Below are positions 9,631 to 19,276 of a stretch of 64,000 bases of DNA, in pieces. The notes beneath the pieces are model-generated. The model was not told the origin of the DNA, ran no database searches, and was given only the letters and a program-made list of their open reading frames with translations. The stretch's first letter is position 1. Every line of letters begins with the position of its first letter. The position numbers and the translations under genes are program-made. The DNA lies in NCBI GenBank assembly GCA_016702745.1, contig JADJDJ010000001.1:547463-611462 (forward strand), in the 5' to 3' direction. The stretch is from Chitinophagaceae bacterium. Lineage in GTDB: Bacteria; Bacteroidota; Bacteroidia; Chitinophagales; Chitinophagaceae.

Positions 9631-11487
9631 ATGGCAAAAATCGCAATCAATATAGCAACCGGCAGTCTGCAGCAACCCGAAATGGTAGTAGGGATCGATC
9701 TGGGTACCACCAATAGCCTGGTGGCCATCATTCACCCGGACACTAAACAACCAGTGGTGCTGAAAGAACATGATGGCAATGCCCTGGTTCCTTCGATCCT
9801 CCATTTTGCAGAAGGGGGAAATGTACTGGTTGGCGATGAAGCCAAGAAACACCTGATTGATGCCCCGCAGCAAACGGTTTTTTCGGTGAAAAGACTGATG
9901 GGCAAATCCTACAATGATATCCGTGACTATTCTTCTTTTTTTACTTATAAGGTAATCGATGACCAGACAGAAAGTCTGGTGAAAATTCAGGTGGGTGATC
10001 GCTTTTATTCTCCTGTTGAATTGTCCTCCCTGATATTGAAGGAACTGAAAACAAGGGCCGAACATATTTTGAAGACACCAGTCACCAAGGCGGTAATCAC
10101 CGTGCCTGCTTATTTTAATGATGCCCAGCGGCAGGCAACACGCGATGCCGGAAAACTGGCCGGTCTGGATGTGCTTCGTATTGTGAATGAACCCACGGCT
10201 GCCAGCCTGGCCTATGGTCTGGGTTTGAAAAAAGATGAAGTCAAAACGATTGCAGTTTATGATTTGGGTGGAGGAACTTTTGATATTTCCATTCTGCGGA
10301 TCAATGGCGGGATTTTCGAAGTGCTGTCCACCAATGGAGATACTTATCTTGGTGGAGATGATTTTGACCGTGCCATCGCTAATGAATGGGCAAAGAATAT
10401 CGGTATTTCTCAGGAGGAAATGCAAAGCAATCGATCAATTGCACAACAACTCCGGTTGACAGCAGAAGCAGCCAAGATCCATCTCAGTACCCATGATCAT
10501 TTTATGGCTGAAATAGCAGGAGAAAAGGTTACCCTGAGCCGTGCAGATTTTGAGGAACTGGCGAAACCATTCGTGGATCGTACCATGACCTGTTGTGCCA
10601 ATGCAATGAAGGATGCCGGTCTGCATATCGACGCGATAGAAGAGGTTGTATTGGTGGGAGGCTCCACCCGTGTACCATTGGTGAAGACCAGTGTACAAAA
10701 ATTTTTTAACAGGGTGCCACATGATGCCGTAAATCCCGATGAGGTAGTGGCACTGGGAGCAGCCGTACAGGCAGATATACTCGCTGGAAATAATAAAGAT
10801 TTTTTATTGCTGGATATTACCCCGCTTTCATTGGGTATTGAAACCATGGGCGGGTTGATGGATGTGCTGGTACCCCGCAATTCAAAAATTCCCTCCAAAG
10901 TGGCCCGGCAATACACGACTCAGAAAGACGGACAAAGCAGCATGAAGATCGCCGTGTTCCAGGGAGAAAGGGACCTCGTAAAAGATAATCGTAAGCTCGC
11001 CGAATTCAATCTCACCGGAATCCCGGGAATGCCGGCAGGTTTACCCAAAGTGGAGATTTCATTCCTGATCAATGCGGATGGAATATTATTGGTAAAAGCA
11101 AAAGAGATCCGCAGTGGCGTTGAGCAAACCGTGGAAGTGAAACCGCAATATGGTCTTACCGATGAGGAAGTAGAGAAAATGCTCATGGACTCCGTTACAC
11201 ATGCCAAAGAAGATATGGCTATACGTGCCTTGGTGGAAGCACGTACAGAAGCCCGGCAAATCCTGGATACCACATCCGGATTTTTACAAAAGAACGGATC
11301 AATACTAACTGTTGAAGAAAAGACAGCAACCGATGCGGCAATGACCAGCTTACAAAATTTAATGGAAAATGGTAACAAAGATGAAATCCATACCGCCATC
11401 GAAAAACTGAATGAAATTTCACGGCCCTATGCCGAAAGGCTGATGGATCATGCCATCAGTACCGCGATGAAAGGGAAGAAGATTTAA
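9631..11487 (+). CDS. hscA: Hsp70-family chaperone, HscA-like
   Basis: [14 protein letters not shown] phosphate-1 motif, [33 protein letters not shown], and a full substrate-binding and lid region. Start trimmed to the ATG at 9631 (MAKIAINI). No isc partner genes are nearby. Confidence 0.85.
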   Translation: MAKIAINIATGSLQQPEMVVGIDLGTTNSLVAIIHPDTKQPVVLKEHDGNALVPSILHFAEGGNVLVGDEAKKHLIDAPQQTVFSVKRLMGKSYNDIRDYSSFFTYKVIDDQTESLVKIQVGDRFYSPVELSSLILKELKTRAEHILKTPVTKAVITVPAYFNDAQRQATRDAGKLAGLDVLRIVNEPTAASLAYGLGLKKDEVKTIAVYDLGGGTFDISILRINGGIFEVLSTNGDTYLGGDDFDRAIANEWAKNIGISQEEMQSNRSIAQQLRLTAEAAKIHLSTHDHFMAEIAGEKVTLSRADFEELAKPFVDRTMTCCANAMKDAGLHIDAIEEVVLVGGSTRVPLVKTSVQKFFNRVPHDAVNPDEVVALGAAVQADILAGNNKDFLLLDITPLSLGIETMGGLMDVLVPRNSKIPSKVARQYTTQKDGQSSMKIAVFQGERDLVKDNRKLAEFNLTGIPGMPAGLPKVEISFLINADGILLVKAKEIRSGVEQTVEVKPQYGLTDEEVEKMLMDSVTHAKEDMAIRALVEARTEARQILDTTSGFLQKNGSILTVEEKTATDAAMTSLQNLMENGNKDEIHTAIEKLNEISRPYAERLMDHAISTAMKGKKI

Positions 11488-13483
11488 TGCGGTTTTTCCG
11501 TATCAGCCCTGCTATTTTAAGTAATACATAAATCAGTACAAATATGTGGATCAGCCAAAAAGCGATCTGCAGATCCTGGCGTTGATAACTGAAAATGATT
11601 TCATGTTGTCCGGCAGTTACTGCAACACTGATGCCGGGCCGGTCCCTCCTGACAAAGTCGGCGGTTACTCCATCTACAGTAGCCTTCCATCCCTTGAAAT
11701 AATTTTGCAATAAGCAGATACTATTATCCTGTGCACTCATTACCCTGACTTTCACTTCTCCGGGCTTTTGCGAAATCACCTGAATGCTGATTGTTGAATC
11801 AGCCTTTTCTGCAAATACGATTCCGTTAGTGCCTGCTTCGTTAAACTTTCCTTCTTTTTTAAGAACCAGGGGCCCCTTGTAAGATTCATTGGAACTTATT
11901 TCTTTCCGGTATACATTGATATTATGCCAGAGATTTCCGTTGGGATCAGTATAAGTGGCAGCTACAGCGGCCGGACTATTTGTTTGTACCGGGAAGCCCT
12001 GTTGTACAGCCATGATTTTGCTGACTGCCGAAGGAGAATACCGGCTCACGGAAAAATAAGGCGTACAGACCAATGTGTTGATCACCAGTTCGGCGACCAG
12101 CAAACTGGCAGCCATCTTCCATTTGTTTTGACGAATCAGCAAATAAAGCAATCCCAGCATTAAAAACTGGAACAGGGCCGCAACAAATAATGACTGAGAA
12201 GGACTGATTCCCTTTAATAATGCAGCGATAGCATTGAAATTAATATTGCTGAAACTGCCGGCATGCAGGAATCCAATTATCAGGCTGACAAGTAGCGCAA
12301 GTAGTATAGTGTACTTTGTCCTGATGTCAGATAATAAATCCTCCATTTTTTTTCCATCCAGACTGCTGCTGATAAAAAGAATCAGGGCGAAAATGAAAAA
12401 GTAACGGAAGATGGCCGGGTTCCTGAAATAGCTGAAACCCGGTAAAATATTCAGGGCTTCTCTTAACGGGGTAAAATTTCCAAAGGAAAGCAGGAGCATT
12501 ATTAAAGCGGTAGCCAGTAAAATATAGCTCACCCGTTTCTTTCCACGGAACATCTGAAATACGGCAACAGGTAGCATAATAAACGTAAAGAGCCCGCAGT
12601 AGGTATTCAACATCGTGCCTTCCGTATTGGGATAACGCATTCCCGTTGAGGAAAAAGGGAAGAGCATACTGCTGATGGCACCCGGATGGAGATAATTGGA
12701 ATTGAAAAAACTACTGCCGCTGGCAAGAGCGGTGCCCCGGTCCAGCTGACCCAGTAATTCCATCGTAAAATAAATCACGGGAAAACAAAGCAGGGTGGTG
12801 AAAAGAACTGTCAAAATCAAAAATGGGATCAGTCTTTTCAACACAGTCCGCTCTTTTCTGTTTTGCCAGATCCAGAGGCCAACAAAAAAGAGAATACAAT
12901 AAGTACTGATGATGTTGAAAGCAGCGTACACACTGGTAAACATCAGGAGATAAATCACAGCAGCCTGAAAGGCCGTCTTTAAACCGGGTTGCCGGAGCAG
13001 GGAAAGCAGGGCAGCTGCCATCAGTGGTACAAAGGCTGCAGCGGTGATATAGAGTAACCATTGAGTGGATCCAATCATGAATCCCGATAACATATAACAG
13101 AGGGCGAACAGCAATGAAAGATGTTCATCCCGCCCCAGTTTTCGTTGCAGGAGATAATACATGCTCCAGCCGGAAAGCAGTACAAAAAAAATAAACTCAA
13201 TATGAAGGGTGTAAATATTGTACTCAAAAATGGTATTGAAGAAAAGCTGGGGGCTACTGAAAATTCCCCAGGTGAGGTTGCTTTGCAAAGGAAAGCCCAT
13301 GTCCCAGGTATTGAACCAGACCGGTAATTCACCCTGGCGGATACACTGACTCATGAACTGGTTAATAGGATATTCCAGTGCCACGATATCATTCTTCAAC
13401 GCAAAAAGCATGAAACTTACAGGGGCAAAAGCAAGCAGACCGGTAACAGCAATGATCAGGTATGGCCGGAGTGTTTTTTTCAA
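11456..13483 (-). CDS. YfhO-like polytopic membrane protein (putative glycan or lipid-linked sugar transferase)
   Basis: 675 aa with more than 12 hydrophobic segments and a non-membrane C-terminal domain. The N-terminal [12 protein letters not shown]...[16 protein letters not shown] resembles the YfhO family from memory. The 3' end overlaps the hscA-like 3' end by 32 nt. Confidence 0.5.
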   Translation of the reverse strand: MKKTLRPYLIIAVTGLLAFAPVSFMLFALKNDIVALEYPINQFMSQCIRQGELPVWFNTWDMGFPLQSNLTWGIFSSPQLFFNTIFEYNIYTLHIEFIFFVLLSGWSMYYLLQRKLGRDEHLSLLFALCYMLSGFMIGSTQWLLYITAAAFVPLMAAALLSLLRQPGLKTAFQAAVIYLLMFTSVYAAFNIISTYCILFFVGLWIWQNRKERTVLKRLIPFLILTVLFTTLLCFPVIYFTMELLGQLDRGTALASGSSFFNSNYLHPGAISSMLFPFSSTGMRYPNTEGTMLNTYCGLFTFIMLPVAVFQMFRGKKRVSYILLATALIMLLLSFGNFTPLREALNILPGFSYFRNPAIFRYFFIFALILFISSSLDGKKMEDLLSDIRTKYTILLALLVSLIIGFLHAGSFSNINFNAIAALLKGISPSQSLFVAALFQFLMLGLLYLLIRQNKWKMAASLLVAELVINTLVCTPYFSVSRYSPSAVSKIMAVQQGFPVQTNSPAAVAATYTDPNGNLWHNINVYRKEISSNESYKGPLVLKKEGKFNEAGTNGIVFAEKADSTISIQVISQKPGEVKVRVMSAQDNSICLLQNYFKGWKATVDGVTADFVRRDRPGISVAVTAGQHEIIFSYQRQDLQIAFWLIHIFVLIYVLLKIAGLIRKNRIKSSSLSSRY

Positions 13484-13497
13484 GCAGGATCAGGTTT

Positions 13498-14673
13498 TCA
13501 GTCTTTCATCAGTTGGCGGTAAGATTTCTTTTTTTCTGACTCCCACCAGTATTGTCCCAGTAATTTACGGGTAGCCATCCGGCCAAAGTATTTTTCAAAT
13601 GTCCTGAAAAGGATCACATCGTATTTACGGTGAAAATTAATCCAGCAGGCATTGCAGTTTTTCTGATAGTGCTTTTGTTTTTCAATAGCTCCGGGTCCGT
13701 TGAACACTTCGTCCAGACTATTAGTAAATACGTTGCCGATCAGTACATCCAGGTTCTGACAGATTGGTACATCTCCATTTGGGAGAATCACAAGACTATC
13801 CATGATACTGTTGCAACTGAGTTTGGTTCCGCCTCTGCGCCATTCATCATACAATACGAGGAAATCATAATTCTCCGGAAACTCTTTTACAATGGAAGGA
13901 ATTTTTTCCCTGATCCGCATCAGGTTTTCGCGGGTCGTTCCCGGCGGGTTGACTGTTGCCGTCACAGGTTCTTTAGCATCAATCAGTTTTTTCGCATCCT
14001 GATAGGAACGGATATCTGCCGATTGCAGGGAGCCTATATCATTATAATGGGCCGATTCAATGGTGTCAAAAAAAGAAATATCGTTGTATACGCCAATACG
14101 AAGATCAATATTGAACCGCTTTGCAACCGTGGCCACATGTTCCATATCCTTGAAATCATTGTAAGGAGAAAGTGTGAACATCAGGCTGATGGGTACCTTT
14201 TTATGTGTCTGTTCCAGTACCCGGATGATGCCATCGTATCCGTCCTTTCCCCGCATGTGCAGGTAGGCATCTTTGTCGCCATCCAGTGAAATGAATAAAC
14301 GCTTTGGAGGATTCCTGTCAACCGCTTCTACAATCGCTTCCGGTTTCAGGGCATTGGTGAGCAGGTCAAAATTGGGATGATGCTTTACAAACCAGGCCAT
14401 AATATCCATGGCATCAGGATGAAGCAGAAACTCTCCGCCTTCCAGTCCAACCGTTGTTTTTTTACTGATACAACGGCTTTGCATGATCTCTTTGATCTTA
14501 TCAAAGGGAAGATAATTAACCGGCCGCTTGGTCCAGATCAAACAATGCTTACAGGCAGAATTACAGAGATCCGTGCCATAGATCATCAGGGTTGATAATT
14601 TTTTGCGGGAAGGGAACCACCGGTTGTTGAGAAAGGTTAAACCCCTGTTGATATAATTGCTGGCTGCGTACAT
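13498..14673 (-). CDS. Radical SAM protein with a Cys-rich (SPASM/twitch-like) C-terminal region
   Basis: CX3CX2C motif CNSACKHC (codons at 14542-14565). The C-terminus carries CNS...PICQN...NCNACWINF cysteines. Confidence 0.8.
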   Translation of the reverse strand: MYAASNYINRGLTFLNNRWFPSRKKLSTLMIYGTDLCNSACKHCLIWTKRPVNYLPFDKIKEIMQSRCISKKTTVGLEGGEFLLHPDAMDIMAWFVKHHPNFDLLTNALKPEAIVEAVDRNPPKRLFISLDGDKDAYLHMRGKDGYDGIIRVLEQTHKKVPISLMFTLSPYNDFKDMEHVATVAKRFNIDLRIGVYNDISFFDTIESAHYNDIGSLQSADIRSYQDAKKLIDAKEPVTATVNPPGTTRENLMRIREKIPSIVKEFPENYDFLVLYDEWRRGGTKLSCNSIMDSLVILPNGDVPICQNLDVLIGNVFTNSLDEVFNGPGAIEKQKHYQKNCNACWINFHRKYDVILFRTFEKYFGRMATRKLLGQYWWESEKKKSYRQLMKD

Positions 14674-14714
14674 GCTGTTCTGAATAATAAAAGTAGTAAG
14701 AAAGGGGGAGGGGC

Positions 14715-15830
14715 TTATAAAAACTTTGACTTGAGTTGCAAAAATGGCTTCTCAAAAAAGCGGTAACTGAGCAGGCTCATGATCAGGGCTGCCAGCAATG
14801 CCAGGGTGGCGCTTCCGGTTGCTGCCCATTTGATGGACAGATGAAATTCCTTTACGATCCAGACCAGCAGGGGCTCAAAAAGGAGTAAGTATAGTGGCCA
14901 GTGCCATACATAAAGCCCATAAGATATCTTTCCGAAAAATTTCAGGATCCGGTTATTCAAAAGATTTTTCAACCAGTGGTTACTGCCATTCACACACTCA
15001 TACACTACTAATCCGAATAGAACTGCAAATGTGCTGTAACCCACAAAAGCCAGGTAAGGAAGGGTAAAACCTGAACGGATATTCATAAAGTAAAAACCAA
15101 AATTCACCAATGCCATCAGGAAAACGATCAGGGTGCTGTCTTTTTTTAACCACCCCGGCTGTAGTTTTTGCAGGATGGCAATCATGGAGCCGATACAAAG
15201 TCCGTCTATCCGGGTGAATGTATAGAGGCTGTTATAAGCCAGGTCTTCTACCTGCCTGTTCCAGACCAGGTAACGGGCAATCCCCACGCCAATTAAAATA
15301 AGAAGCATTAATACCAAAAGCTTACGCGGACTCCGGAATAATAAAATTAAAAGGGGCCAGACAAGATAAAACTGTTCTTCCACGGCAAGTGACCAGGTAT
15401 GCATCAGTAATTTGTCGCCATAAGGCTCATTGAAAATATATACCCAGCTCTGGAGATAAGCCCATTGCCAAACCTGGTGCTGGTCATAATACCGGGTATC
15501 AAGATGCAGGCTGCTGATCGCCGGCAGAATAAAAAGACAGATAACCAGTAATAAATAATACAAAGGGAAGATGCGCAGGAAGCGGCGGATATAAAATTTT
15601 TTCAGGAAACCGGGCTGGTTCATGGTATCCAGCAAGATCTCGGTGATCAGAAATCCTGACAACACAAAGAACAGATCCACTCCCAGCCATCCGAAAAAGA
15701 AATAATTCATGAACCCGAAATTGTGTACGAATAGTACCAGCAGGATGGCTACTCCCCGGAGACCATCTAAGGCTGGGTAGTGTTTCCTTTCTGCCTGCCC
15801 GGCTGTATGCGGGATAGTGGCCGGGTTCAT
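14715..15830 (-). CDS. Acyltransferase family 3 (OatA/WecH-like) membrane O-acyltransferase
   Basis: N-terminal ALDGLRGVAILLVLFVHN motif and about 10 TM segments over 371 aa. Confidence 0.85.
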   Translation of the reverse strand: MNPATIPHTAGQAERKHYPALDGLRGVAILLVLFVHNFGFMNYFFFGWLGVDLFFVLSGFLITEILLDTMNQPGFLKKFYIRRFLRIFPLYYLLLVICLFILPAISSLHLDTRYYDQHQVWQWAYLQSWVYIFNEPYGDKLLMHTWSLAVEEQFYLVWPLLILLFRSPRKLLVLMLLILIGVGIARYLVWNRQVEDLAYNSLYTFTRIDGLCIGSMIAILQKLQPGWLKKDSTLIVFLMALVNFGFYFMNIRSGFTLPYLAFVGYSTFAVLFGLVVYECVNGSNHWLKNLLNNRILKFFGKISYGLYVWHWPLYLLLFEPLLVWIVKEFHLSIKWAATGSATLALLAALIMSLLSYRFFEKPFLQLKSKFL

Positions 15831-15843
15831 AAGTCTTGGTTCG

Positions 15844-16455
15844 TTATTTTTTACGCTTAAAAGTGTCTTCAGACAAAGATAAACTTCTGAGCAAATACTT
15901 GCCGATCAGGTCGAACTCGATATTCACGGTATGCCCGGGGATCAAAGAGGAGAGATTGGTATGTTCAAAAGTGTAGGGAATGATAGCCACTTTGAATTGG
16001 TTCTTCTTCACGTCAAAGGCAGTCAGGCTGATCCCGTCGAGCGCAATTGAGCCTTTTTCTATGACCAGGGCAGCGAATTTTTTAGGGAAATCAAAGCTGA
16101 ATTCCCAGCTCCCGTCTTTTTGACGGAGCCTGCTGCAGGTGGCTATACAATCCACATGCCCCTGTACAATATGGCCATCCAGCCGGTCGTGTAACTGCAG
16201 ACATCTTTCCAGGTTCACCCGGCTGCCGGCTGTCCAGGCAGACAGGTTGGTTTTGGACAGGGTTTCGGCAATTGCTGTCACCCGGTGCTGATTCCCATTT
16301 ACTTCTTCAACGGTCAGGCAAACCCCGTTATGGCTCACACTTTGGTCGGGTTTCAGTTCCCCTGAAATGGGGGATTCTATCCAGAAACTGGTATTGGTTC
16401 CTGTTGAAAAAATCTGGCTGACCTTGCCTGTGGTTTCAATGATACCTGTGAACAT
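15844..16455 (-). CDS. ribE: Riboflavin synthase alpha chain
   Basis: MFTGIIETTGKV N-terminus and duplicated lumazine-binding halves (NGVCLTV and DGISLTA). Confidence 0.93.
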   Translation of the reverse strand: MFTGIIETTGKVSQIFSTGTNTSFWIESPISGELKPDQSVSHNGVCLTVEEVNGNQHRVTAIAETLSKTNLSAWTAGSRVNLERCLQLHDRLDGHIVQGHVDCIATCSRLRQKDGSWEFSFDFPKKFAALVIEKGSIALDGISLTAFDVKKNQFKVAIIPYTFEHTNLSSLIPGHTVNIEFDLIGKYLLRSLSLSEDTFKRKK

Positions 16456-16547
16456 GCCTGCAAATTAAGCAGTTATTGGGTTTCGGGGCAGGGAAGGGGT
16501 CTTGAAAACTTTCCGGCCCCGGGTTTTTTACTATAAAAAAATCATCC

Positions 16548-16555
16548 TATCTTTG
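16548..16555 (+). promoter_or_regulatory. Putative -7 promoter box (TAtcTTTG) upstream of rpsU
   Basis: Exact TAnnTTTG match 37 nt upstream of the rpsU ATG. Confidence 0.45.
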
Positions 16556-16591
16556 CGAGCCTAAAAAATACCAAAGGAGGTATCAACACAT

Positions 16592-16789
16592 ATGCTTATC
16601 ATTGATTCAAAAGATTGCGAAAACATTGACAAGGCGCTGAAGAAGTACAAGAAGAAATTTGAAAAATCCAAAGTACTGCTCCAGCTCCGCGAACGTCAGT
16701 CTTACACCAAGCCTTCGGTTAAACGCCGTGGTGCCGTGCTGAAAGCAATCTACAAGCAGCAGATTGCCAGCGGAAAAATTGAGGCTTAA
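16592..16789 (+). CDS. rpsU: 30S ribosomal protein S21
   Basis: 65 aa and basic: ALKKYKKKFEKSKVLLQLRERQSYTKPSVKRR. Confidence 0.93.
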   Translation: MLIIDSKDCENIDKALKKYKKKFEKSKVLLQLRERQSYTKPSVKRRGAVLKAIYKQQIASGKIEA

Positions 16790-16813
16790 TCCACCTCTGC
16801 TATAAAATATTAT

Positions 16814-16847
16814 ATAGCTGTTCCTCTCCGGAACGGCTATTTTTTTG
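16814..16847 (+). terminator. Rho-independent terminator after rpsU
   Basis: ATAGCTGTTCC-TCTCC-GGAACGGCTAT forms an 11-bp stem with one G-U pair, followed by a T7 run. Confidence 0.7.
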
Positions 16848-16880
16848 CCCATATTTCTTCTGTAGCTTTGAAAGAACAAT

Positions 16881-17783
16881 ATGGTCTTACTCAACCCGCA
16901 GGGCATACAGCCATTTCTCGATTACCTCCGTTACGAAAAAAGGTATTCGGCACATACGATCCTGGCTTACCAGGGTGATCTGGAAGAATTCATTTCATTT
17001 GCAACGCAACAATACGGATCAACCGGTCTCGGGGAAATCAGTCACCACCATATCCGGAGCTGGCTGGCCGTGATGAAGGACCGGGGTCTGACCGCCCGCA
17101 GTATCAACCGGAAGATTTCCACACTCAAATCATTTTTCAGGTTTTATATGAAGCAGGGAGAGCTGGAATTATCTCCCATGGCGAAGATCATCACGCCTAA
17201 ATCCGGCAAGAAATTACCTTCTTTTATCAGAGAGGAGGATACCGTGATGTTGATGAAATCCCTTGAGCGGTCAGCGGAAGACTGGAAAAGCCTGAATGCA
17301 AAAATGCTGATAACGATCTTTTATGCCACGGGAATGCGGTTGAGTGAATTGCTGGGACTCCGGGAACGACAGATCGATTTTGAAAAAGCCCAGATCAGGG
17401 TCCTGGGAAAGGGGAATAAAGAAAGGATCATTCCGGTGAGCCGGGAACTGCTGCGGCAGATCAGGGATTATGCTGATCAGAAAAAGGCGCTGTATGAAAA
17501 GGCGGAAGACTTTCTGTTGATAACAGAAAAGGGGAAGAAGCTATATCCCAAGTACGCCTGGCTACTGGTAAATACCTATCTCGGACTCACCACCACACTG
17601 GAAAAGAAAAGCCCCCACGTGCTTCGTCATAGTTTTGCCACCCACCTGATGAACAATGGTGCGGGATTGAATGCCGTGAAGGAATTACTGGGGCACAGCA
17701 GTCTGGCCGCCACCCAGGTCTATACCCATACCACCATTGGGAAGTTAAAAGATATTCATAAAAAAGCCCATCCGAAAGCCTGA
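16881..17783 (+). CDS. xerC: Tyrosine site-specific recombinase XerC/XerD
   Basis: N-terminal SAM-like domain plus the catalytic region ATGMRLSEL...HVLRHSFATHLMNNGAGLNAVKELLGHSSLAATQVYTH. It sits in the conserved rpsU-xerC-hpf context. Confidence 0.88.
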   Translation: MVLLNPQGIQPFLDYLRYEKRYSAHTILAYQGDLEEFISFATQQYGSTGLGEISHHHIRSWLAVMKDRGLTARSINRKISTLKSFFRFYMKQGELELSPMAKIITPKSGKKLPSFIREEDTVMLMKSLERSAEDWKSLNAKMLITIFYATGMRLSELLGLRERQIDFEKAQIRVLGKGNKERIIPVSRELLRQIRDYADQKKALYEKAEDFLLITEKGKKLYPKYAWLLVNTYLGLTTTLEKKSPHVLRHSFATHLMNNGAGLNAVKELLGHSSLAATQVYTHTTIGKLKDIHKKAHPKA

Positions 17784-17945
17784 AAAAAAAGTGGGCCGGC
17801 ACAATAAAATTTTAGCCTTTTTTTTTACGCATCATTTATTTTTTGCAGTAACTTACTACTGTTAAAAAAGAACCACCCTCTGAAAAGCCTCAATGCCTCT
17901 CTACCCAGGTAAGTTCTTTATTTATTGTTTCACAGATTAAAACCG

Positions 17946-18251
17946 ATGATTATGAACGTAAACATTCAATCTGTTCATTTCAGTGCTGACAGTAAGCTGA
18001 TCGATTATGTGAACCGGAAGCTGGAAAAGCTGTCTCATTTTACAGACAGGGTTATCCAGGTGAACGTATTTCTGAAGCTGGATAATGTGGTGCATGCCGT
18101 AAAAGACAAAATCGCAGAAATCCGGGTGCATATTCCCAGGCACAGTTTTTTCGTAAAATCTACAAGTAAATCATTCGAGGAATCATTTGACGAAGCATTT
18201 GATTCCCTGGTAGGCCAGATCAAAAAAAATAAGGCGCGCAAAGCCGCCTGA
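17946..18251 (+). CDS. hpf: Ribosome hibernation promoting factor (HPF/RaiA, short form)
   Basis: MIMNVNIQSVHFSADSKLIDYVNRKLEKL is typical of the sigma-54 modulation/HPF family. The start is ATG 17946 or ATG 17952; the TTG at 17925 in the ORF track is unlikely. Confidence 0.85.
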   Translation: MIMNVNIQSVHFSADSKLIDYVNRKLEKLSHFTDRVIQVNVFLKLDNVVHAVKDKIAEIRVHIPRHSFFVKSTSKSFEESFDEAFDSLVGQIKKNKARKAA

Positions 18252-18260
18252 ACTTAAACA

Positions 18261-18298
18261 AGGGCCCCGGTACCGAAAAGGACCGGGGCCCTTTTTTT
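18261..18298 (+). terminator. Rho-independent terminator after hpf
   Basis: AGGGCCCCGGT...ACCGGGGCCCT forms an 11-bp GC-rich stem, followed by a T7 run. Confidence 0.8.
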
Positions 18299-18358
18299 AT
18301 TTACTGATTTTCAGGATAAATTTCCCTCTTCAAAATTTTTCCAATATTCAAATTCCCT

Positions 18359-18366
18359 TACCTTTG
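18359..18366 (+). promoter_or_regulatory. Putative -7 promoter box (TAccTTTG) for the tRNA-tuf operon
   Basis: Exact TAnnTTTG match about 100 nt upstream of the first tRNA. Confidence 0.4.
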
Positions 18367-18466
18367 CCACCCCAAAACCTAAGCATGTCGAAGGTGGGGC
18401 TAGTTCTTTATTGCTTGGATCGACGAACTTCCCGGGCTAAATCCGGAGGGGCGGAGATGAAAAGTC

Positions 18467-18542
18467 GCCACTTTAGCTCAGCTGGTAGAGCAACTGATTT
18501 GTAATCAGTAGGTCGTTGGTTCGATTCCGACAAGTGGCTCCA
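18467..18542 (+). tRNA. tRNA-Thr (anticodon UGU)
   Basis: Cloverleaf by hand: acceptor GCCACTT/AAGTGGC, anticodon arm ACTGA-TTTGTAA-TCAGT, T loop GGTTCGATTCC, CCA encoded. Confidence 0.93.
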
Positions 18543-18594
18543 GGTATTTATCGGAAATGGGAGCTGGAAATGCTGCCAGCGTATTTCCGAAAAC

Positions 18595-18677
18595 GGGCAA
18601 GTAGCCAAGTGGCCAACGGCAACAGACTGTAAATCTGTCCTCTTACGAGTTCGGTGGTTCGAATCCATCCTTGCCCA
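18595..18677 (+). tRNA. tRNA-Tyr (anticodon GUA), long variable arm
   Basis: Acceptor GGGCAAG/CTTGCCC, anticodon arm ACAGA-CTGTAAA-TCTGT, T arm GGTGG-TTCGAAT-CCATC, 83 nt. Confidence 0.92.
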
Positions 18678-18681
18678 CAGC

Positions 18682-18709
18682 GCCCGCCATAGCTTTAGCG
18701 AAGGCGGGC
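18682..18709. repeat. REP-like hairpin GCCCGCC-ATAGCTTTAGCGAA-GGCGGGC
   Basis: 7-bp GC stem. Related copies are at 18871-18900 (inverted orientation, TACCCGCC-TTCGCAATGCTTC-GGCGGGTA) and 22918-22948 (ACCCGTC-ATAGCCTTTGGCGAA-GGCGGGT). Confidence 0.6.
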
Positions 18710-18722
18710 AGGATTTAAAAAA

Positions 18723-18825
18723 GCTTTAGCGAAGCGAGCTGATAAAAAGCTTTAGCGAAGCGAGCTGATAAAAAGCTTTAGCGAAGCGAGCTGATAAAAA
18801 GCTTTAGCGAAGCGAGCTGATAAAA
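18723..18825. repeat. 26-bp tandem repeat x4 (GCTTTAGCGAAGCGAGCTGATAAAAA) inside the tRNA-Tyr/tRNA-Gly spacer
   Basis: Unit starts at 18723, 18749, 18775 and 18801, all identical except the shortened A-run of the last unit. The unit shares AGCTTTAGCGAAG with the adjacent REP-like hairpin loop. Confidence 0.9.
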
Positions 18826-18908
18826 TTGAAGTTCTTTTAAAAATGATTCCTTCCATAGCAAACGCAATGCGGGTTTTACCCGCCTTCGCAATGCTTCGGC
18901 GGGTAAAA

Positions 18909-18981
18909 GCGGGAGTAGCTCATTTGGTAGAGCGGTAGCCTTCCAAGCTTCAGGTGGCCGGTTCGAGCCCGGTCTCCCGCT
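18909..18981 (+). tRNA. tRNA-Gly (anticodon UCC)
   Basis: Acceptor GCGGGAG/CTCCCGC, anticodon loop CTTCCAA, T arm GCCGG-TTCGAGC-CCGGT, discriminator U. Confidence 0.93.
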
Positions 18982-19018
18982 CACAGCCGCATAGCACCAG
19001 CGACAGCGGCTTTAAAAA

Positions 19019-19090
<72 letters not shown>

Positions 19091-19276
19091 CAAGCGTGTC
19101 TGACGACTCACCAGTCGTCTGACACATAATCTCTGACGACTGAAAATCGTCAGACATATTCAAAAAACGCGAAGGCGTTTTTACCAACCGGTCGCCAACG
19201 CTTCCGGTTAAAAAAAGGAAAATTGGGTTTGCCTTGCAAATCCGGACATATAAAACACAACCTAAAAACAGATAAC

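Noticed and set aside
16881-17783. A tyrosine recombinase next to a tRNA cluster could be the integrase of a genomic island.
   Set aside because: It has XerC/XerD-type motifs and sits in the rpsU-xerC-hpf arrangement that I recall as conserved in Bacteroidota. There are no direct repeats of tRNA 3' ends or cargo genes around it.
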